This document shows, one piece after another, positions 45,977 to 64,000 of a stretch of 64,000 nucleotides of DNA. The stretch covers positions 14,382,524 to 14,446,523 of the forward strand of contig CAVNZM010000004.1 of assembly GCA_963693365.1 (NCBI GenBank), in the 5' to 3' direction. The number at the start of each line of letters is the position of its first letter. Positions within the stretch are counted from its first letter, which is position 1. The notes beneath the pieces are model-generated. The model was not told the DNA's origin. It saw only the letters and a list, made by a program, of their open reading frames with translations, and ran no database searches. Both the position numbers and the translations under genes were made by a program. This stretch comes from Amoebidium appalachense. Taxonomy: Eukaryota; Protista; Ichthyosporea.

Positions 45977-47090
45977 CGGGGGAGCCTATGTTTTAGAAAT
46001 GAATGGGAGGGGTCACAGTGAGTGGTTTGTGATTTCTGTGAAATCAAATTGATATGGATGTCCATTTAGGCATATAATGCTGTGGTGTGCATAGGCCGGC
46101 AGCTCACAGCCCGCACTTATCAGATCAGACTGCCGTGGGTGGCATGGGTATTAGTGGCTTGAAAGGCCCTTGCTATCAAAGTGTAACAGTGTTGGATAAA
46201 ACTGTGATGTGGCCATGGCCAATCATCATTCTATTTATATGATGCTTCATCCTTATTGTTGTCCAGGCCAGTGGGCGCGTGGCCAGCAGATGCACTGGCC
46301 GTCTATTCGCGTGCTGCATCCGGAGCTCCTTCCTGTACACTTATTGAGCCCCCCCAGAGCTCTGTCACAACCACTGCTGCCCCACTCTCTCTCTTTCTCT
46401 CTCTCTCTCCCTTCATGACCACCCCCCCCCCCCCCTTCCCAAGGGCAGAGGAAACGGTTGGATCACGTTCGACAACAAAAGCCCGCGCGTGCGGCCAGCC
46501 CGCACAATTACCATAATTGGTGCATGGCCCAGAATATGTGCGATCTGATTGGTCGACCTATCGCTCGCTCTGGCATGACTCCCTCGTGGCCCGCTCTTTT
46601 GTGCTCAGCCTGTGTCCCACGCCAAAGTTGTTGCAAAAAGTTTGATCAAGGAGCCAAATGGTGCCCTTCATGCATGTAGCCATGTCAACCTTATAGGTTG
46701 TAGCCACATAATCCTTACACGTATCTCGGCTGATGTAGAACGATAGAGGACTTTGCAGCCACAGGCCATCCTTTGCCAACACGCAGATAACTATCCTGTA
46801 CGAAAGTACAGTTAGGAGGCAGGCGGGCAGTCGGTCCACAAGTACAACTCTTCCAAACCATGGACTTCCTAGGCCTGTGTACACACCCAAGCATACTGTA
46901 GCCACGCTATTGCCAACCTTTTTTACTTGAAAATTCTTCGCGTGGTTATAGCCGAGACAGCCCATCAGAACACCGACCGCACTCTTCTGGCGGTGCTTTG
47001 CCTGCACGTTTCAGGACCTGCCCTGCACTTTTTTACGTGCGCAAACCCACCCCACACCGTTGATTAGTCCGCACAGGGCGCCACGCCAGC

Positions 47091-47921
47091 ATGCAGCTGG
47101 GCGTGTACCTCCGCGTTAACGGCCTGGTGGCTGCGGGGGCCACTGCGGCTTACCTGCTGCTTCAGCCCCACACGACACGGCCCTGGCTTGCCTTCTTCAC
47201 GGCCGCATATGCCGTGACCCTGCTGAAGCACGTGCTCTATGGCGTGGCCCTGTACCTGTCCACATGCAAGAAGCAGCCCATACGGTATAACGGCGCAGAG
47301 AGGCAAAAGCCGTCACGCACAGAGAACCTTGAGATGCTCGCCCGGGGGTTGTTTATTGTGTTTGTGACCGAGTCGGTGGACCTGTATTTCGGCTACTTCC
47401 AAAGGGGCTTCAACACTGCGGCTACGCCTGTGTGGCTGCAGGCACTGCTGTTTGTGCCCCACTCGCTGCTGTTTGAGCTTGTTTTCGACCTGGGCCACTA
47501 CTGGGCACACAGGCTGTGCCACGACCACCGCTGGCTGTACCGCAGTGTGCACAAACTGCACCACAGGTACCTGCACCCCACCCTGCTGGCCACGTACATG
47601 CACGACGCCGCAGACATATTCCTCAGCAACTTCCTGCCCTTTGTGCTGGCCCTGTATGTGGTGCCCAAGTTCAGCGAGTGGCAGTTCCACCTGATGTTAG
47701 GCTACAAGGCATACATAGAGCTGGCCGGCCACACGGGGGTGCAGGCCCGGGCCACCACGTTCCCCCAGTTCCCCCACATAATGCACCTGGGCATAGCCAT
47801 GCACACCAACGACCACGACCTGCACCACACATCCTTCAGCTGCAACTACAGCAAACGATTTGTGCTGTGGGACAAGGTCTTTGGCACGTACAAGGTGCCC
47901 CCCACACAAGGTTCAAAGTAG
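47091..47921 (+). CDS. Fatty acid hydroxylase / sterol desaturase superfamily di-iron membrane enzyme, intronless, 276 aa
   Basis: A single ORF with hydrophobic segments and the His boxes HYWAHRLCH, HKLHH, AGHTG and HDLHH. The C-terminus reads NYSKRFVLWDKVFGT. Confidence 0.93.
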   Translation: MQLGVYLRVNGLVAAGATAAYLLLQPHTTRPWLAFFTAAYAVTLLKHVLYGVALYLSTCKKQPIRYNGAERQKPSRTENLEMLARGLFIVFVTESVDLYFGYFQRGFNTAATPVWLQALLFVPHSLLFELVFDLGHYWAHRLCHDHRWLYRSVHKLHHRYLHPTLLATYMHDAADIFLSNFLPFVLALYVVPKFSEWQFHLMLGYKAYIELAGHTGVQARATTFPQFPHIMHLGIAMHTNDHDLHHTSFSCNYSKRFVLWDKVFGTYKVPPTQGSK

Positions 47922-48940
47922 GTCGAAGGTTTGGTGTGCATGTTCAGTGACTTTGTCTCTTTAAGGCCCTGTCTGTGTCAGGGTTGTACATATAATGTTA
48001 TTAAAGGATGTCGGTAGGGGTACTCTGGGAGTGGCCCTGGTAACTTCTGCCAGATTCCTTGAATCCCAGCTCCCCACCCACCCACCCATTGTCCCGACTG
48101 GGTGACCGTCCCACTTCGGGTTTTGCTTCTTTCTTAGTGGTAAGTTTAGTCGTTAGAAAGTCTTTTTAAAAGCTATTTTGATATATTTCTCTCTATCCCC
48201 CCCCCCCCCCCATCTTTTTCTTCTTTCTTTCCAGCTGTTCTCCCCGGGCTCTTTTCGCTATTCTCTTCAAGGCTTCCTCCAAACCCTCTCTTCTCTCTCA
48301 AGATCACTCTCTCTCTCAACTGCCCCCCCCCCCCCACCTCCCCCCCCCCCCCCCGCCTCTCCACCCTCACCCATGGCCACCCACCCACGCACCCTGCCCC
48401 CCTTCTCTGTTCTTTTTTCTTTTGTTTCTTGCTCTCTGCTACGTGTATGCGTACAGTTCTCTACTCTTTTGCCTTTGACGCATAGGATATCGAAATCATA
48501 GTGCTCCTCGTACTTTATAACCATTCCCTGCCGACCTATCCCCCCCCCCCCCCCCCCCCCCCCCCTCCCCCCGGGCCCCGCGGCCCGCCACCACTTACCG
48601 GCTGCAGGGAGTTTGTTCAACCACTTTACCTTTGAATATAAGCAATTTTTTTCGACGTCTTGACTCGCCAATTTGAAAGACTAACAATATATTGTTCAGT
48701 TTGATCCCAAACCCTACCATTACACAAGACTCTTGGGGGCAAAGGCATGGCCATCTTGTTCAAAATGGCCGTGGGCAAGGGCTGTGCATGTTTCAGCGTT
48801 CGGTAATAGGGGTTTATATTAGTAACCCCAAGCTTGTTAACTATCCTCCCTTAACCCCTCCCCTACTCCCGCTCCGCCCAACAACTCCGCCTTCACTCAA
48901 AGATCAACACTCTTTTGTTGGCAGTTATGCTTCGTGCCAG

Positions 48941-48973
<33 letters not shown>

Positions 48974-49389
48974 CAACAACAAACACACGCACACACAGAA
49001 CACTCCTTTGTGGGCGTATATTATCTAGAGAACCCCGCCCCTCCCCCCTCTCCCCTTCCCCCTCCCCCCCCCCCCCCCCCTCCCCCCTCCCTTCCCCCCG
49101 GCCCCTTCCCCCTCCCCCTCACCTCCCCCTCCTCCCCCCCCCCAAAAAATAGAACTTGAATAAAATATATACCGGGCCCCCACCCGCCCCCGCCCTCCCC
49201 GGGCGTGTTCCGCCTCGCCCCCTCCCCTCCGCTCTTTCAACAGTGTACCCTTCACAACAAGCACACACCCCGAGCACAAACTCAAAACTCACGCCTTCAC
49301 TACGCATATAGCACACTGTCAGGTGACAGATGTGTGATACCTACAATTAGCTATAGGCCTTTCGGGTTCTGCATTCATCCCCCCCCCTT

Positions 49390-49439
<50 letters not shown>

Positions 49440-50231
49440 CCCCCCTCCCCTCCCCGATCCCCCCCTTCCCCTCTAGGCCGCGGGGCCCACGACAACCACA
49501 ACTACCATCGGTACCAGTGGCACCACACACGTGCGGCACCTACCACGGCCCACCCAGGCCCACGTATTTCAGGCCTTTTGTTCTCCTAGCTTCGTATGGT
49601 ACATATGCACACCGGGTCCATCTGTCAGCAGGTCGGTCGGACCGTCCAAATCATGGCTGGGGACGTCGAGTCGTCACGGTGAGGGCGTGAGTCGTGACTT
49701 TTGAGTCGTGAGTCGTGGGCAGGCTGGTGCCATATGATTGGATACGCACGCATCACAACTATGTGATTGGTAGATAGCGCATCTTGGTGCGCACATACCG
49801 ACCAAAAGTCGAAACTGGGGCGGTTCTGAGCAAGTGACGTCAGTGCGTGCGTACGGTGACCCGCTCACCCGAGTCAACCCCGGCTAGGCATATGGGCAGG
49901 CTGTCACAAGTATACAAATAGCACCTGCAGACACACGCACACAGCCCATGGGCCTCCTACATACCTGGGCCCCGCGCGTATACTCCGTGGCCAGCGCTTG
50001 CCGTGTGCCCCTTCTGCGTGTGCGAAGGTGGGTGCCTGGGCGGGGAACTGTGTGGCTGGTGTGAGATTAACTGAGCCACATCGATCATGGCCTAGATGTT
50101 TTTTTCCATATGTATGTTGTGTGCGAATGGTTGGTTTTTGAACTCGCGTCATGCTTATCTTGACGCTGTACAGCTTTGTCTTCTCTCGGGAGAAACCCTC
50201 ACACGGCCTTTGCAGGGTTCAATTTTCGACC

Positions 50232-62084
<11,853 letters not shown>

Positions 62085-62267
62085 GCCGTTTTTTCTCTGC
62101 CATACCTGACTGTGTGTGGTTGTGTGGGTGGACCTCGGTACCGGTGGCCAGGTTTTTTTTTTTTTTTCTTTTTGCCCTTTTTTTTTTTTTTGGCCATTTT
62201 ATCTACGTAATTTTCACTGCCGTCATTCGTGTGGGAGTGGCCTGCCTAAGTCTGGCACAAATATTCT

Positions 62268-62379
<112 letters not shown>

Positions 62380-63301
62380 GGTGGTGTGTGTGTGTGTGTG
62401 TGTTTGGGGGGGGGGGGGGGGGGGGGGGGGGGTTGGTTTGAAACAATGCCGCAGGGGTACCGAATTTTTTCAAAGGGGCTGTACATGTGTGTTGCACACC
62501 ACTAGTCCAGCCGGTGTGCACTTACTGTGTGATATAAAAAGAGTAAATTTGTTATTGACTCAGTGCCTGGCAGTGCATGCTGATATCATAATATGGAAAA
62601 TAATAACTAAGATCAAGCAATGTCAATGGCAATTTCAATGGCAATCTTGAAAATTGATGTAATAGTTTTTACCGTTCCTTTTTTGTCATCATGGCCTTGC
62701 TTGTCCCTGCCCCCCTCCCCCCATCCCTCCCCCCTCACATGGACCTGAAGTGCACAGACACGCACACGCCCCAATTAACAACAACAACAACAACAAAAAA
62801 AGAGAGAGAGAAAAAAACATCTGCAGCCACCATTATTTATAGTCAGCGCCATGTGTGCATACATACGAATCATGCCGTGTGAAACATTGAGCAGATGTCG
62901 CATATTATGACAATGTACACGTGTACTACTCAACCAAATCCGGTACATGCATTCAATATGATATATTTGCCTCGGACGTGGCGCACGGTCCGGTACGCGC
63001 GCAGCGTCGCGCACACACACAGGTGCATGTTGGAGTGCAGACTTACGCTCACTCCACAATATGTGTATGTTAGCTTTACAATTGGTTCCGTGTACACAGA
63101 CACACGCTGACACTCGATCACCACATGCACATCTGCATAGTTGAGGAATGTTGCCAATTGTGTTTTGACTGCAAACGATTGGTTCACTGGTCCCAGAGAT
63201 CTCTAAATGAAAGTAACCAATCCGATTAGCACCTGGCATCCGGATTACATTCCAGACTGCTGCCCCACGGGTATATAAGCCACGTCTCTGCCAGGTGCAG
63301 A

Positions 63302-63349
63302 CATGGAGTTCAGTCATGGAGTTCAGTCATGGAGTTCAGTCATGGAGTT
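63302..63349. repeat. 13-bp tandem repeat CATGGAGTTCAGT x ~3.7
   Basis: Seen directly. Confidence 0.9.
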
Positions 63350-63804
63350 AACACACTGAAAGCAGTAAAAAACGGGTCAGCGCCCAAGCGCGCCACGACG
63401 ACCCTAGTCACAGCGGACTCTACTTCCAACAGTGCACACGTGTACACACGTGCACGTGTACTGGCACGTGCACGGCACATGTACGCGAGAACACAGTAGA
63501 GAACACTGCGTTCTACAAATAAATCAAAGTTCACTGCACGGTGCCGGGTATATATGTACACAAGCCCGAAAATTCAGAAAATTTTGAAGGTATTTTTTCA
63601 AGCCCCGATGTATTTTGGGTTTCGGGTTATGGTATTTTTCGTACCATGTCATTTGGCGGGGCACTGTTTGCGCAATCCAAGCTCGGGAGTTGCTCCGTAT
63701 CTTGCGGGCATATGTCTTATGAGGGGCGTGCGCGCACGCGCAGATGTGTGTATGTGATGCGTCGTGTTTGATAATATATATGTGCATATGTGTTTGTGTG
63801 GGTT

Positions 63805-63849
63805 GTCTCTCTCTCTCTCTCCTTTTCTCCATATATCTTCTCTCTCTCG

Positions 63850-63908
<59 letters not shown>

Positions 63909-63928
63909 CCCTCCCCCCCCCCCTCCCT

Positions 63929-64000
<72 letters not shown>
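63805..64000. repeat. (CT)n-rich microsatellite tract running off the window
   Basis: Seen directly. Confidence 0.95.

Overview
This is eukaryotic genomic DNA, probably from a unicellular eukaryote; the lineage cannot be fixed from this window. It is very intron-dense, and the introns are filled with (GT)n/(CA)n microsatellites, poly-G/poly-C runs and private minisatellites. Almost all ORFs in the supplied track are repeat artefacts. By joining GT-AG exons by hand I reconstruct eight protein genes. In order they are: a TLC-domain-like membrane protein (-, runs off the left edge), a dienelactone hydrolase (-, 8 exons), an HDHD5/CECR5-like HAD-IIA hydrolase (+, 10 exons), a stand-alone uroporphyrinogen-III C-methyltransferase (-, 3 exons), a secreted protein of three extended saposin-A-type repeats (+, 3 exons), FGAM synthase PFAS/PurL (+, 39 exons), an intronless fatty-acid-hydroxylase/sterol-desaturase family gene (+) and aminopeptidase P (+, 19 exons). 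Five observations stand out. (1) A ~75-90 nt element occurs twice in the PFAS transcription unit (intron 33 and just after the stop); it has a covarying helix and the hammerhead core words CUGANGA, GAAA and GUH in a non-standard order. (2) Several intronic minisatellites are tandem copies of the real splice junction, including ~11 stop-containing decoy acceptors. (3) Intron ends are built from (GT)n and (CA)n without polypyrimidine tracts. (4) A 1.3-kb TIR element sits in a PFAS intron. (5) The saposin-type protein contains only SapA repeats. Exon coordinates were counted by eye and may be off by a few nt.
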